Counted from the first letter of the whole stretch, positions 48,671-60,396 are shown. The stretch is 63,646 nucleotides of DNA, filler included, from Piptocephalis cylindrospora (GCA_003614145.1; 29 parts of 29 records of this genome joined end to end with filler, not necessarily neighbours in it); one strand, 5' to 3'. Notes: a model not told the origin generated them from the letters alone. A program made the numbers and translations.

Positions 48671-49531
48671 ATGTCTCGTTCTACTTCCTTTCAAGTGATC
48701 CGGTCCTTCTTGGGTCGGTCTAGCATGAAGAATGGGCCTCCTCCTTTTACACGGTTTGCGGGAAGGCTGGTTCAGGGCCGTGGGCTTTACACTCATGGTC
48801 TCTCCGTCCGATCACCACTTCCTCCACGACCGCCCACGCTGCTCTCATCTGTCCCTCAAGTGACAGCGCGTCGAAGCATGTTCATCCAGACCATGTCGAC
48901 GCCCAATGAGGATGCAGTCAAGTTTATTCCTGGGGTGCGGGTGCTCCCGGAGCACTATACGGGGACCAAAGAGTATGTGGATGGACGGACGGCGCATGAA
49001 TCGCCGTTGGCTAGGGCGCTGTTCAAGGTGGATGGGGTGCGACATGTCTTCCTCGGCCCCGATTTTATCACGATTACCAAGGAGTCTTCGGCGGTGTGGC
49101 AGATCATGAAGCCGGATATGTACGGGGCCATCATGGACTTTTTCTCCTCGGGTCTCCCTAGCCTGATGGAGGATGGGGAGGGAGAGTCGTTGATTCCGGA
49201 GGACACGGCGCCTCATCCGGATGACACGGAGGTGGTGTCGATGGTCAAGGAGCTCCTGGACACACGGATTCGCCCATCGATTCAGGAGGATGGTGGGGAC
49301 ATTGAGTATCGGGGCATGACCGAGGAGGGCGTGGTGCATCTCAAGCTCCGTGGGGCGTGTCGGACGTGTGATAGCTCGGTGGTGACGCTCAAGAACGGGA
49401 TTCAGGGGATGCTCATGCATTATGTTCCCGAAGTGACTGGGGTGGAGCAGATCCTGGATGAAGAGGAGGAGGTTGGGATGAAGGAGTTTGAGAAGCTGGA
49501 GGAGACGCTGAATGACAAGGATGGGCAGTAA
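48671..49531 (+). CDS. NFU1: Mitochondrial Fe-S carrier NFU1, complete, intronless
   Basis: Arg/Ser-rich presequence, MFIQTMSTPNEDAVKFIPG, ELLDTRIRPSIQEDGGDIEY and GACRTCDSSVVTLKNGI. Confidence 0.97.
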   Translation: MSRSTSFQVIRSFLGRSSMKNGPPPFTRFAGRLVQGRGLYTHGLSVRSPLPPRPPTLLSSVPQVTARRSMFIQTMSTPNEDAVKFIPGVRVLPEHYTGTKEYVDGRTAHESPLARALFKVDGVRHVFLGPDFITITKESSAVWQIMKPDMYGAIMDFFSSGLPSLMEDGEGESLIPEDTAPHPDDTEVVSMVKELLDTRIRPSIQEDGGDIEYRGMTEEGVVHLKLRGACRTCDSSVVTLKNGIQGMLMHYVPEVTGVEQILDEEEEVGMKEFEKLEETLNDKDGQ

Positions 49532-49789
49532 GAGAGGGGGAAATGAAGCGAGTGGGGAGGAGCGGTGGTGGGTTTTAGGATCATTCGCTTGTGCGGATGT
49601 CACTTGAGCAAGGACCTAGCTGATAGAATCACCGTCCTGTCTTGTCCTCCTCCTCGCCCCCTTCCTCTTCACTCTCTCCTCCAAATATCCTAGTGACCTT
49701 TTTGTAGATAAAGTGGTGTTTTCTATCTCTCATTTCTATAAATAACGCTATGAGATTCATTGAGCGTGTGCCTCTCCTCCCCATATCCA

Positions 49790-50170
49790 TCTCTCCCCCC
49801 TACAGACGACAACGACACAGGCGCCTCTTCTCCCTCCTCTCTAGAGCATGGAAAGGACCTCGTGACTTGAAGGTTGGGCGCGTCAAGTTATCCTTTCCCC
49901 TGGTCAAGGGATCAGGACTTCCACCCTGGCCTCTTGGATCTGAGGCGGGACATGGGCGCCAGGGTCTGTCCCATCCCCGCTCACCGGACTTTGGACTCCT
50001 CCCCGCCCCTCCTCGCCAATCAACCGGTCCAGCGTGGGCTGGAGGGCCTCACTGGCCCTGGTTGGATTCGGGTAGAGGAATGGGTTGGGGGTTGGGTCTA
50101 TTCCATACTGAGGGAAGGCCTCCTTTTCCTGGACACTGAGGGGGGTGGCGGTCAGAAAATGCCCCATCTA
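49790..50170 (-). mobile_element. Possible very degraded non-LTR retrotransposon remnant
   Basis: QYGIDPTPNPFLY...EALQPTLDRL resembles the post-RT segment of L1-like ORF2. Frames are broken and no RT core is visible. Confidence 0.3.
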
Positions 50171-50486
50171 GATCTTTCAAAGGATGTATCGCTCCACACA
50201 CACCAGTCTGGTCGTGATGGGCATGCTCTGGATCAAGACCCTCCCAGCCAGGAGGGCCGTCTCCCCATTTGGATCCGCAGCAGCTTGTCCTAAGCCTCCA
50301 GGGCAAGAAAGATTTGACTCGTCCAGTTCATTGCCTCACATGGACCGGTCTGCTAAAGCAAGCCAGATCTTGCGCATCCACCTCATAGCGGCTATCCATA
50401 GTCAGCCAGATGCCCACACAATTTCGTGTGTGTGCTCTCTTCTCTTGCTCCAGCCGGTCCAGCCATACTTTATCAGAGAGGAAGGC

Positions 50487-50501
50487 CACACACACACGCA
50501 C

Positions 50502-50561
<60 letters not shown>
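50487..50561. repeat. (CA)n microsatellite at contig end
   Basis: Read directly. Confidence 0.95.
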
Positions 50562-50661
50562 NNNNNNNNNNNNNNNNNNNNNNNNNNNNNNNNNNNNNNN
50601 NNNNNTTAATTAATTAANNNNNNNNNNNNNNNNNNNNNNNNNNNNNNNNNNNNNNNNNNNN

Positions 50662-51039
50662 GCCCAGGGCCATCTACAGGATGTAGCGGTTGGGGCCCGG
50701 GGGCCCAGCACCATCCACTTCCCCCTGTCACTCAACTACTCCCAAACCGCTGATCCCTCCTCTCTCGTCCTCGCCGACCTGGCGCAACGATGTGGGATCC
50801 TGGGTAATCCAAAGACTCAAATCGAGATCCGGGTTGTCATGGACATTACCCTAAAAGTCGCCGCCACTCCCCTCGTCATCCCTCAGATTCGGGCCCCCAT
50901 TTCCCTGGATTGCCCTGCAGAGGTCAGTGGAGTGAGAGCGGAAGGTGGATGGTGGCTGTGGGTGCTGAAGATCGTGCTGACATTTCCTTTTTGCCCTCTC
51001 CAGTTTAATTCATCCCTTCCTCTTGTGAGTGGGTTGTAA
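50662..51039 (+). CDS. 3' end of a LEA_2-like fungal membrane protein
   Basis: Frame from the contig edge: ...TIHFPLSLNYS...LADLAQRCG...IEIRVVMDITLKV...IPQIRAPISLDCPAE | FNSSLPLVSGL*. Confidence 0.55.
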   Translation, partial: AQGHLQDVAVGARGPSTIHFPLSLNYSQTADPSSLVLADLAQRCGILGNPKTQIEIRVVMDITLKVAATPLVIPQIRAPISLDCPAEVSGVRAEGGWWLWVLKIVLTFPFCPLQFNSSLPLVSGL

Positions 51040-51719
51040 CCGAGTTAAAGGGTCTTCATCTTGAATGTCCCCTTTGGAGGATGTGCGCCACATAACTAGG
51101 GGTATTTGCTCCCGTGGACTATGCCCAGTGGAGTAGTGTTTAGCGTCCATTTGGGAAAGGATGCTCAAGGCGAAATCTGTGATTCCTCTTGTGCATCCCT
51201 TGCCACTGTACTGAATTTTAATGGTCCTAATGTACGCTTGATCCTGATATGTCTCTCGGATTATGCATATAAATAAACATAGTCCAAATGATTAGCTAAA
51301 CTTAAGCACCTAATAAAGAGGAAATAGTAAGCTCATCCGTATCTACAAGTTTATCATGTCTAACTATTTCGGCCCTCCCCTTGTCAACCATGTACCCCTT
51401 TAAAAGTGTTTTCATGCGTATTGCAGACATAGGGTCGTGCCATACACCGGCCCATTCCACCCTGTCCCCCCGCCCCTCCATCACCTTGCCATCTTTGGAT
51501 CCCTTGGTGGCATAGATGCGCCTTTCGTCAACGCATTCCATGCTACAGCTTCTGTATATCCTCTAGCTATAAAAGTGAACCCTTTCCTCTCATAAACTTG
51601 AAATGATTTCATTTTACATACCCTCCTTGCCCTTCATTTATCATTTTCTTCCTCTCGACTCCCACTCTAGCACATACACCTCTCCTACCTTGTGTTAGCA
51701 CCTAAATAAAGCAGCCGGA

Positions 51720-52717
51720 ATGCTTCCTCCCTCCCACCCCCTACTCATCCTCCTTCCCACCCTATATCTGGTGGCTGCCTCCCAAAGCCATGCGGATCAC
51801 CCTATTCATGCTCCCAGCCTTGATGGAACTCTGTTGCCCATGAATGATGAATTTCTAGGTGAGGAATTCGTACCCTTGGATGACTCTGAGGGGCCCATCG
51901 ACATGAAGAATGTGCCATCTCTAAGCGGTCAAGAAGGACCAATCAATCAGAAAAGCCCATTGCAAATTTATGCCAAAAAACGTCATAGTCATAGGAGGCA
52001 CGGTAATAAGGGGCGTGGCCCTCAACTACCTACGAACCCCACCACGGCCGTCGTCCCTCAGGCGATCGCCATAACTAAAGGAACAGCCTCTTCCTCTCCC
52101 CCTACCAGATTGTCGGGCTCTGAGAGGGAAGAGAATGCTGATCCTGCTCACACTCCTGCCTCTCCCGCCATGGCTGCGAGTGATGAAGATGTGATGGAAC
52201 TCTTTCGTCAGGATCAGGCCTTGATTGCGGATGCCTCCACGCCCATCCACCCCAAGGCTGGTCGTCCTGGCCGATCGAGCTCCGCCACTCCCTTGACCAT
52301 TCCACCAATCCCCGCTGATCGCTCTTCTTGGGTCTCCCCGCTCTTTCCAGCGGCTACGGAAGCCAATGGCAGGGCCGTTGCTCCCGTAGCTTGGTTCGCC
52401 GAGTCATGGAACACCACCAAGGAGGCTTACGGGCAGGAGAATCGTCAATGGGCGCTTGATCCTGTGGATCCTTCTCTCACCGCCCTCCAGGTCACTTATC
52501 CCGCCGGATCCTCGAACCCGGGTGGGGAAATTGTGGGGGGGACCGGTTTGTATGCCCAGCCTCTCCACTACCGGCCGGACCGACCCAGTTGGATGCAGTA
52601 CCAGGTGTACTTTCCCCAGGACTTTGACTTTGTTAAAGGAGGCAAACTTCCTGGGCTCTTTGCCGGACATCCTTCTTGTAGCGGAGGCTCCTCTTCCGAG
52701 GACTGTTTTAGTGCCAG
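51720..52717 (+). CDS. Secreted polysaccharide lyase family 14 (alginate/glucuronan lyase-like), 3' partial
   Basis: Signal peptide and long linker, then LQVTYPAGS...GGTGLYA...YQVYFPQDFDFVKGGKLPGLF...CSGG...CFSAR, ending at a GTAAGT donor. Confidence 0.92.
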
Positions 52718-54602
52718 GTAAGTAATTCTATGGATGCATTCTCTANNNNNNNNNNNNNNNNNNNNNNNNNNNNNNNNNNNNNNNNNNNNTTAATTAATTA
52801 ANNNNNNNNNNNNNNNNNNNNNNNNNNNNNNNNNNNNNNNNNNNNGAGGGAGGGGGAGAGCGGGGTAGCGTGTGTCCTCATCATCTGGTCAATGGGAAGG
52901 CATAGGAGAGATGGGGATGAGGAGTCGCGGAAGTGCTAGTAGCCGATCCATTCCGAGTCCCAAGGTCCATGAGCCTGTGACTTTGCCACACTGTGGTTAC
53001 GTGCGCGCACCGTCTCCCGTCCTCACCCCCCCGTCGCTACGACTGTGATCTGACCCACACAGTCTGTGCTGGATACCCCGCACCCCTAAGCCTCTTTTAG
53101 AGAGGCGAGAGGACAGCCTCCAGAGGAACACACACACTTTGAGGTTTAGATCCACTGTACATACAGCACAGTAGTTATTTAGAGGTGGAGAGACATAAAC
53201 CCAAGGGCATTTTCCCTCCTTTCCTGCGCAATTTCACTCACACGTCCATATTCTCCACACAAAGTAGCAAAAGCCCGGGAGGAAACGGTATGGTGAGACT
53301 CTTCCATGAATAGCATAGCACGTGAAAGGTTTGTAGAGAAGATGAGCATGAGGCAATACAATGTGGTGTGGGCTGTGAAGGGGTGTGCGTGTGTATGTGT
53401 ATATGTGTGGGGGGAGGGGGGGGAGGACACACGGAGGAGCCATCTCCGTTACCTCCCGGAGACTGCGGAGGTTTGGGCTGTCCATACCTGGCAGTCTCAT
53501 CGTGTGATCCTGCGGGGCTTGTATGTGTGTTTATGTGGGGATGGCTGTGGTCATGTCAATAAGGGAATGGCTGCATGAGGAACCAATAAAACGAGACATG
53601 GCTTGACGGCAGAAGGGTTGGATGGAAGGCAGAATGAGATGGACGAGAGCTGCCTTGGAGCATGATGAGATGGGCATGGTGAGCCCGAGAGAGGAGGAGT
53701 AAAGGCATGGGAATAGTCCATATGAAAGCATATACTACTCTACCCATCCTGGATTTTAGTAGGATCATACTTTTTGCTTGCTGAGCTCTAGAGGCGGATT
53801 ATCGGAAGAAATCGGGGAAGCACCTGGACATGAGGAAACCAGGATCGCGGGGATGGGGTAGGATGGATGACGTACCCCTCTTGGAAGGTATAACCCATCT
53901 TTTCTTTCATAGAAATAACCTCTTAGAAGTTCTAACGTAGAAGATTCAGTCTGAACGGATCTTATCAAACCCTATCTCATCAAAAACAAAATCGCTAGAG
54001 ATGGCTTAAATGAAGTTGGCCCTGAGTCAGGTCATGCTGTGATGGAGATGGCCGTACAGCTGGATATATTTGCTCAACGTAATAGATAGTTAAATGAATT
54101 TCTCTCTGTAAAAGACTGTCATCTTTTACAGACACAAGTTATATATGAAATAACACCAGGCGTACGTAGGATCGGGATGCAAAGGCCTGGAATACACGGT
54201 TTTTCACGCTACCTAAAGGGAAAATGCCATGACATTGTCCTATCCTCTAACTGTATGGTGTTTAAATCTCGAAGACGAGCTTTGATCTTTGATCATCCAT
54301 AGTGATACTAGACGAAATGAACTTGGCTTTCAAAGAAGAACGTCTCAAGTCCAGTGAGCAATGGGCAGTGGGCAGCGTGAGTAACCTGCCAGTGTGAAGT
54401 AAGCCCCCCACCCCTCCGAAAAGTGTACAGAGATGACTCTATCGCCCAACTCCGCCCAGTTTTATGGAACCCCCTCCCGCCCCTTTAGCCTTTGCGCTCA
54501 TCCCAAGCCTATCCTCTCTACCCTCTTCCTCTCCACATCTTTCCTTCTTTTAGTACTCTCTCCCCCCTTCCCTCTCCTTCCTCCGATCCTCAACTTGTTG
54601 TT

Positions 54603-54928
54603 ATGCGAGCCCGGACCACTTCCAGCCCTCCGCCCCATCCATCCACTGAATGGGTCCGGCTTCACGATCGGTTCTACCGGAGACATGAACTGTACTCTCT
54701 GGACTGGAAGATCAGCCTCTCTGAGTACATGACGGCAGTAGCTCCCAACGGAGGTCCCATTGGTAAGTTTTTTTTTTCATGGTGAGGGTATAAAGAGGCT
54801 GGTGTAGGAGGGCAAGAGAAGACATGCACATCCCGGATTGGGATGAATCTCCCACTCTTACTCTCTTTGGTAGCCTTGATTAGGGATGAACGAAGAAATA
54901 GGTCACTGAGACGTGCTTCTATCAAGAC
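54603..54928 (+). CDS. VPS16: HOPS/CORVET subunit VPS16, 5' part
   Basis: PSTEWVRLHDRFYRRHELYSLDW...AVAPNGGPI | ALIRDE. Confidence 0.9.
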
Positions 54929-55073
54929 NNNNNNNNNNNNNNNNNNNNNNNNNNNNNNNNNNNNNNNNNNNNTTAATTAATTAANNNNNNNNNNNNNNNN
55001 NNNNNNNNNNNNNNNNNNNNNNNNNNNNTGACTTTTCAAGAAGCCTCATTTGGACTTGTTCCTGCTTTGACGG

Positions 55074-56534
55074 ATGAGACACATCCTTATTTTTAAAAGA
55101 AGATGTGAAAAAGGCAGGAGAGATGGATGGAGCAAGAGAAACAACCTTCTAGGTGTCTTTTTAAATTATTTGCAGCAAGGAGAGGGCGAGATACCATCAA
55201 GGACGTGGTGGGTGATGAGGATGGAAGATGGAGTGGCTACCGGGAGGTTTTGGAGGCGTGTAGGAAGTTTTACTCTAATCTATTCCAAGAAGAAGCTGTG
55301 AAAGTGGAAGCACAGACTAAACTCCTAATTCACCGGGATAAAATGGTCAGTGCGGATGAAAGGCAGGTACTAGAAAAGGAGGTAACAGAAGAAGAAATGA
55401 TGGATACCTGGAAGAAGATCAAGTGATGGAAGGTCCCGGATCCCGATGGTCTCCCAGAAGAATTCTACCTTTGTTTCCAGGACATCCTTCTTCCTTTCCT
55501 ACATCAATTTCGCACTGATGAAATCAAAGATGGATACAGGGATCTGAGGGTATTGGAGATGGAATAAAGGCGCAAGTGGATCATGTCGAAATGGTAGAAG
55601 GGAGTCTGGGATTCCCAAACCCCACCTATTTGGCAGCCCCTAGGACGAGACCTTACCCACCACCTGGCCTTGGAAAAAAGAACAATCAACGATGTCTTGA
55701 TGGGCACATCGCTACCTATGACTAGATTGTTACCTCTTTCTTGCATATGGGATATGAGTCAATATATTCGTTAAGACTGATCAAAAGCCAACGGACCGGT
55801 AGATGCCAAGTCATTGTATCATCCAAAAAGGCCTTCCATCCTAGTATCAAAGATGGCGCCATCATTATCCTCATCAAGGATTTGATCGGGAATCTTCCAT
55901 TCGGTTCTACCTCCAAAAGGTCAATGTTTGCTATGGAAGTTTCATCAAGGTGCTTTATGGACGGCTCAATCTCTGTCCTTTCGCGGTACTTCTCATATGC
56001 CTCCAAGATGTTGTGAAGAAGAGGATATCATAAGGCAGTAATTCCTTGAATGCCCGAATTCCCAGGCTCTTTGGTCCTATGTGTACCATCATTTGATGGA
56101 CGGACAAAGAAAAGATGAATGGGAGGATGTGGTCTTATCACTTGATATTCTTCCGGGATCACTAGGTTTTGAACCTAGTCTCTTGGTCGCTGGATGCACA
56201 TTTTGGTGTATTTATCGGGATATTCTACGGATCGTAAGTTCATCCGAGACGACGCTCAGGCCTGACTTAAAGTACGAATTATGAATGTTGCTTCGGATGC
56301 TGATGAAGGCCAAAAGAAGGACGGCCATTGAAAGGGGAACGATGGAGAGACGGGGGGGATTAGGAGAAGATTGGAGATACTGGAAGATCCATAAGGGAAG
56401 CGACGATATTGTGAGGGAAGGTCCTGATTCTTTTAGGAAAAAAGGAGGCTTGTGATCTTCCCAATACGTTTCGCTGTTTACTACTGCTACTGCTACTGCT
56501 ACTGCTACTGCTACTGCTACTGCTACTGCTACTG

Positions 56535-56589
<55 letters not shown>

Positions 56590-56590
56590 A
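55074..56590 (+). mobile_element. Degenerate, internally deleted L1/Tx1-like LINE (ORF2 remnants, 3' end, simple-repeat tail)
   Basis: EKQPSRCLFKL...FYSNLF...EVTEEE...K*WKVPDPDGLPEEFY is the pre-RT KSPGPDG motif. Later there is a Cys-finger remnant RCCEEED...FLECP...LW. Stops and frameshifts throughout, RT core absent, ends in a TAC-based tail. Confidence 0.85.
56479..56590 (+). repeat. Compound (CTACTG)n(CTA)n tail of the LINE
   Basis: About 110 nt, directly after TTCGCTGTT. Confidence 0.95.
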
Positions 56591-56656
56591 TATGACCCAT
56601 GGTAGAGCGCTGTATTGAGGATCGTACGGTTGCGGGTTCGACTCCCCCCATCCCCA
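56591..56656 (+). pseudogene. 5'-truncated tRNA-like sequence (pseudo-tRNA or SINE head)
   Basis: D-loop-like ATGGTAGAGCG, T-arm/B-box GCGGGTTCGACTCCC and 3' acceptor-like CATCCCCA. The 5' acceptor strand is missing and the anticodon arm is non-canonical. Confidence 0.65.
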
Positions 56657-56884
56657 CCCGCCTTTCTACCCACCCCCACCCCGGCGTTCATAGCCTAAGG
56701 CTCCTGCCTCCGCCCCCTGACTATCCCTTGGATGTTTTTCTCCATAAGACAATAAATTATTCAACAAGATTGTGGCCCATGCTCATTCCCGGGGATGGTG
56801 CCACACCTCGACGGCCGATTAATTTCCTCAGACATCACGCACTGACATAAGTACTCTCAGATCCCCCTGGTTCAATTGCCAATT

Positions 56885-57035
56885 AAAAGGGGTTTGCTTA
56901 ACACTATTCTCATCCATGGAGTTACTAAGACATTTCTTATCCATGAAGGGGTTGCTCAAGATACTTCTCACCCATGAAAAGGTTGCTTAACACACTTCTC
57001 ATTCATGAGGGGGGCGGCCAAGAAGATACTTTTCC
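56885..57035. repeat. Degenerate minisatellite of about 31 nt, 4-5 copies
   Basis: Units such as GAAGGGGTTGCTCAAGATACTTCTCACCCAT and GAAAAGGTTGCTTAACACACTTCTCATTCAT. Confidence 0.75.
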
Positions 57036-57918
57036 CCTGCAGATACTTTTGACTTTGATATCAGCTCTTCCCAAGGGATGTTTTCTGTTCACTGAAAGAG
57101 GATCGCTCCNNNNNNNNNNNNNNNNNNNNNNNNNNNNNNNNNNNNNNNNNNNNTTAATTAATTAANNNNNNNNNNNNNNNNNNNNNNNNNNNNNNNNNNN
57201 NNNNNNNNNCCTCCCGATTTTAGAGCTGGCTCTTTCCTTTTTCTTTTCCTCTCCTCTCCTCTCCCCTCCTCTCCCCTCCCCTCCTCCCTCCCCCCCCCCC
57301 CTCCCCCCCTCCCCTCTCTCTTTTTCCTTCTCCCCCTCTTTTTCCCCCCGTTGCTTGCCTTTCTTGGGCGCGGTGCCCCCGGCCCCTTTTTCTTGTCCTC
57401 CCCCCCCCCCCCCTCCATTCCTTCTGGCTCATCTCCCAGTCACGGTCTTGTGATATTTCCGCGCCCTTCTCGCCCTACTCCAAACCCCTTTGGATCCATC
57501 TATCCTCTCCTCCTTTTCCCCAATTTTCTTGGGTAATTCCCCTCTAGTCTTGCTATTTTCCATTGCACATCCTCCCCCCCTTTTTTTCCCATCCTCCTTT
57601 ATCATCCCCCATCATTTCCCCCTCTCACTCCCAAATCACCATTGGATATTTCTCCCCATTTTTGTTTCGCCTAGCAGCACTCCTCCCTGCATCATTGTTT
57701 TCCTCTAGCCCATACCCCTCTCTTGTCGATCCACTCTCCCATCTATAGGATTGTTATTACTTTCGATGAGCGACCATCGACTCTCCCGTAAGTTATCGCT
57801 CTCTCTCTCCCTCCCTCCCTCCCTCCCTTCTCCTCCTCCCCCTTTTCACCTAGGATCTTGGCCCGTCTCATCCTCTTGCCCTATCATCCCCTACATAGCT
57901 ACAGAAGTACAGTCAGAC

Positions 57919-59283
57919 ATGTCACAGGCTGCTAGAACTTCCCAGAAAACCGATGACCCAGACTCCAACCTTTCCCAGGGAAGCCTAGGTCTAACCGACC
58001 TCCATTCCCATTCTCCTTCCCCTAGACCACCCTCACCCATCCCAGAGGATGGAATGGTTCCCTCATCTGGACCCAAAGGCAATCTAGACAGGCATCGGTC
58101 CAGTCACGAAAAGGAGAGACCCAGTCACGAAAAGGGGAGGTCTAGCCAGGAAAAGGATCGCGGGGACGAGCTTTCCCCCCTAAGCCGGCGGAGCCATCGA
58201 CGGGCTCCATCCCGATCCTCCCGCTGGTCCGATCATCACACCGGCCACTCCGCCTCACACAACCCACATTTGGCGGACTTTCCCGATTTGCCCACATTTG
58301 GCGATACTATGCACCTTCATCCCGACCTCAACTATTCCTTTTCCCGGAGAAAAAACTCGAGCAAATCCCCTTCCAGGAACTCACATCACTCAGGCACCTC
58401 CCGGTCCAAGGACAATCGAAAGTCTGATGCCGGCTCCATCAACTCTGGTTCCTTCAACTGGGACGATGATGAGGGCTCGTACGATGCGGATGGCGAGAAA
58501 CCCTGGTGTTGCCGTTCCCCCTCCTGGTGGTTCATGCTCTCCCCCTTCATGCAAACCCTGCTCAAGGCCTCCATAGGCTTCATCATCTTTGCCCTCCCTG
58601 CCATCCTCATCGCTGCCCTCGTCTCCAACGACGACCCCTCCAGCTACCCCACCTATGCAAAGTTCATTGCCATCGACTGGTTCTCCTGGATCGCCTGGAT
58701 GTGGGTCATCTTTTGCACCACCAGCTTCCTCGTCGAACGTTCCCCCCGCTTCATTCTCCGTGTCTTCAAGTACTTTCGCTCCCAGTACGTCGAGCAGGTT
58801 CGCGTCGCCCTCGAATACTTCATTGCCGTTCGCGCCTACTTCAAGGCCGTCGCCACCACCGGCTGGATGTGGGGCTCCTTTGCTTTCACCTCCCTCGTCT
58901 GGCCCTCCTCCGACTACCGCCCCGTCGATGCCGACTCGGATTACTCCTACACCCCAGCCTACTACGGCGCCATCTACAACATCCTCGTCTGCATCTTTGC
59001 CGCCACCGCTCTCCTCTTTGTCGAGAAAGTCCTCCTTCACTACATCGCCATCCAGTTCCATCGCGTCGCCTACGAAGATCGTATTGCCGAGAGTCAGCGT
59101 GGGATCAAGGTCCTTGACCGTCTTTCTACCGCCTTCCGTCGCCATTCCAACGCTACCCCCTCGGCCTACAATGCTTTTGCCCGCTTTGGCCGTGGTCGCG
59201 AGGGCAGTCTCCCCCTGAGCAAGACCTCCTCCCTTCCCCTCCCCCCCCGCCTCTACCCACTCTCTCCCCTTGCACAAGGATGA
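57919..59283 (+). CDS. MscS-like mechanosensitive channel (Msy1/Msy2 type), N-terminal part
   Basis: Ser-rich N-terminus and four TM helices, then EKVLLHYIAIQFHRVAYEDRIAES...VLDRL. The last ~50 nt look low-quality, so the stop is probably not real. Confidence 0.88.
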   Translation: MSQAARTSQKTDDPDSNLSQGSLGLTDLHSHSPSPRPPSPIPEDGMVPSSGPKGNLDRHRSSHEKERPSHEKGRSSQEKDRGDELSPLSRRSHRRAPSRSSRWSDHHTGHSASHNPHLADFPDLPTFGDTMHLHPDLNYSFSRRKNSSKSPSRNSHHSGTSRSKDNRKSDAGSINSGSFNWDDDEGSYDADGEKPWCCRSPSWWFMLSPFMQTLLKASIGFIIFALPAILIAALVSNDDPSSYPTYAKFIAIDWFSWIAWMWVIFCTTSFLVERSPRFILRVFKYFRSQYVEQVRVALEYFIAVRAYFKAVATTGWMWGSFAFTSLVWPSSDYRPVDADSDYSYTPAYYGAIYNILVCIFAATALLFVEKVLLHYIAIQFHRVAYEDRIAESQRGIKVLDRLSTAFRRHSNATPSAYNAFARFGRGREGSLPLSKTSSLPLPPRLYPLSPLAQG

Positions 59284-59390
59284 TGGCCCCNNNNNNNNNN
59301 NNNNNNNNNNNNNNNNNNNNNNNNNNNNNNNNNNTTAATTAATTAANNNNNNNNNNNNNNNNNNNNNNNNNNNNNNNNNNNNNNNNNNNN

Positions 59391-59759
59391 GAGTGGGAAA
59401 CGGTGGTGAGGCCGGCAAGTCAACCAAATAAGTCTCTAACGGGAGAGCAGAAGGTTCAAGAAGACGAGTCATCCTCCTTTACCTCACTTGGAAAGGAGGA
59501 CGTGCTTTCCATGAGACAACCTTATGAGAGCCGTAAAAGAAGAAGACCTGGACGAGGCCATGAGTCAGAAGATGATGAGGACATCCAGTCTTTGATCAGA
59601 TCCAAGGAGCGCGTATTGTCGGTGGATGAGGACGACAACGAAGGCGCCCTTCGATCCTCCTTCGCAAAGGCGCCCAGGCCCCCCACCAAGGTTATCTTTA
59701 AGAAGCGTAAGGCTCCTCGAGCCACTGTGATTCGGAGATTGGACGACGAGGAAGGATAG
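59391..59759 (+). CDS. Charged low-complexity 3' end of an unidentified gene (mirrored at 61101-61469 minus)
   Basis: Frame ends ...KKRKAPRATVIRRLDDEEG*. Confidence 0.5.
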   Translation, partial: EWETVVRPASQPNKSLTGEQKVQEDESSSFTSLGKEDVLSMRQPYESRKRRRPGRGHESEDDEDIQSLIRSKERVLSVDEDDNEGALRSSFAKAPRPPTKVIFKKRKAPRATVIRRLDDEEG

Positions 59760-60396
59760 TTGTCCTGACACTTTGTCTAACTTTCCTGTGCGTGTATTTC
59801 TTGATGGATGAGGAGGGAAACGGCATGAAGGGAGATTGTTAAGGTCATAGAGGCGAATGACGATCCAATATGCCATTTCCATACTTCTAGAAATGACGAG
59901 ATTTACCACTTTCCCTTCCCTATTCATCATGACGCTATCTGGCGGGCAAAGGGTAGATGGATTGAAAAGACATGCTCTTCTGACCCTCCCTAGGTATCTA
60001 TAACAACATTTTCCTCCCTGATTATCTCTGAATTACCGCACCCAAAGCTGCTGGCATTTAGCGAGGTCTCATCTAGTGTCAGCAGCCTTAGTCAGCAGTA
60101 CAAGTGATGGTTGTTCTAATATCTCCCCTCCCCTATAGTGCACGACTTATCAAGGTGTGTAGGGCGAAAAGGACCACCTCCTCTGGCGGTCGTTCATGCC
60201 TGCGCGCTATTCCTGCCTGAGTGTATAAAAAACGGACCATACCGGGAAGACAAGTTTACACTTGTTTTTTTTGCCTTTTGCGATCATCTTCAAGCACCCT
60301 CCTTTTCCTGCCCTTCCTCCCGGGACACGCTTTTCCTTTCGTCAAATTTCCAGTCGTTCACCTCACTTAAAAAAACCTCAAACCACCCAGCCCCTC

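Noticed and set aside
55420..55430. In-frame TGA as selenocysteine or recoding
   Set aside because: It lies in a decayed retroelement with many other stops and frameshifts, and I saw no SECIS evidence.
56591..56656. Functional tRNA gene
   Set aside because: The 5' acceptor strand is missing, the anticodon arm is irregular and the T-stem has a mismatch.
56212..56691. ORF with poly-Val and Val-Ala runs
   Set aside because: It is the antisense translation of the LINE's simple-repeat tail.
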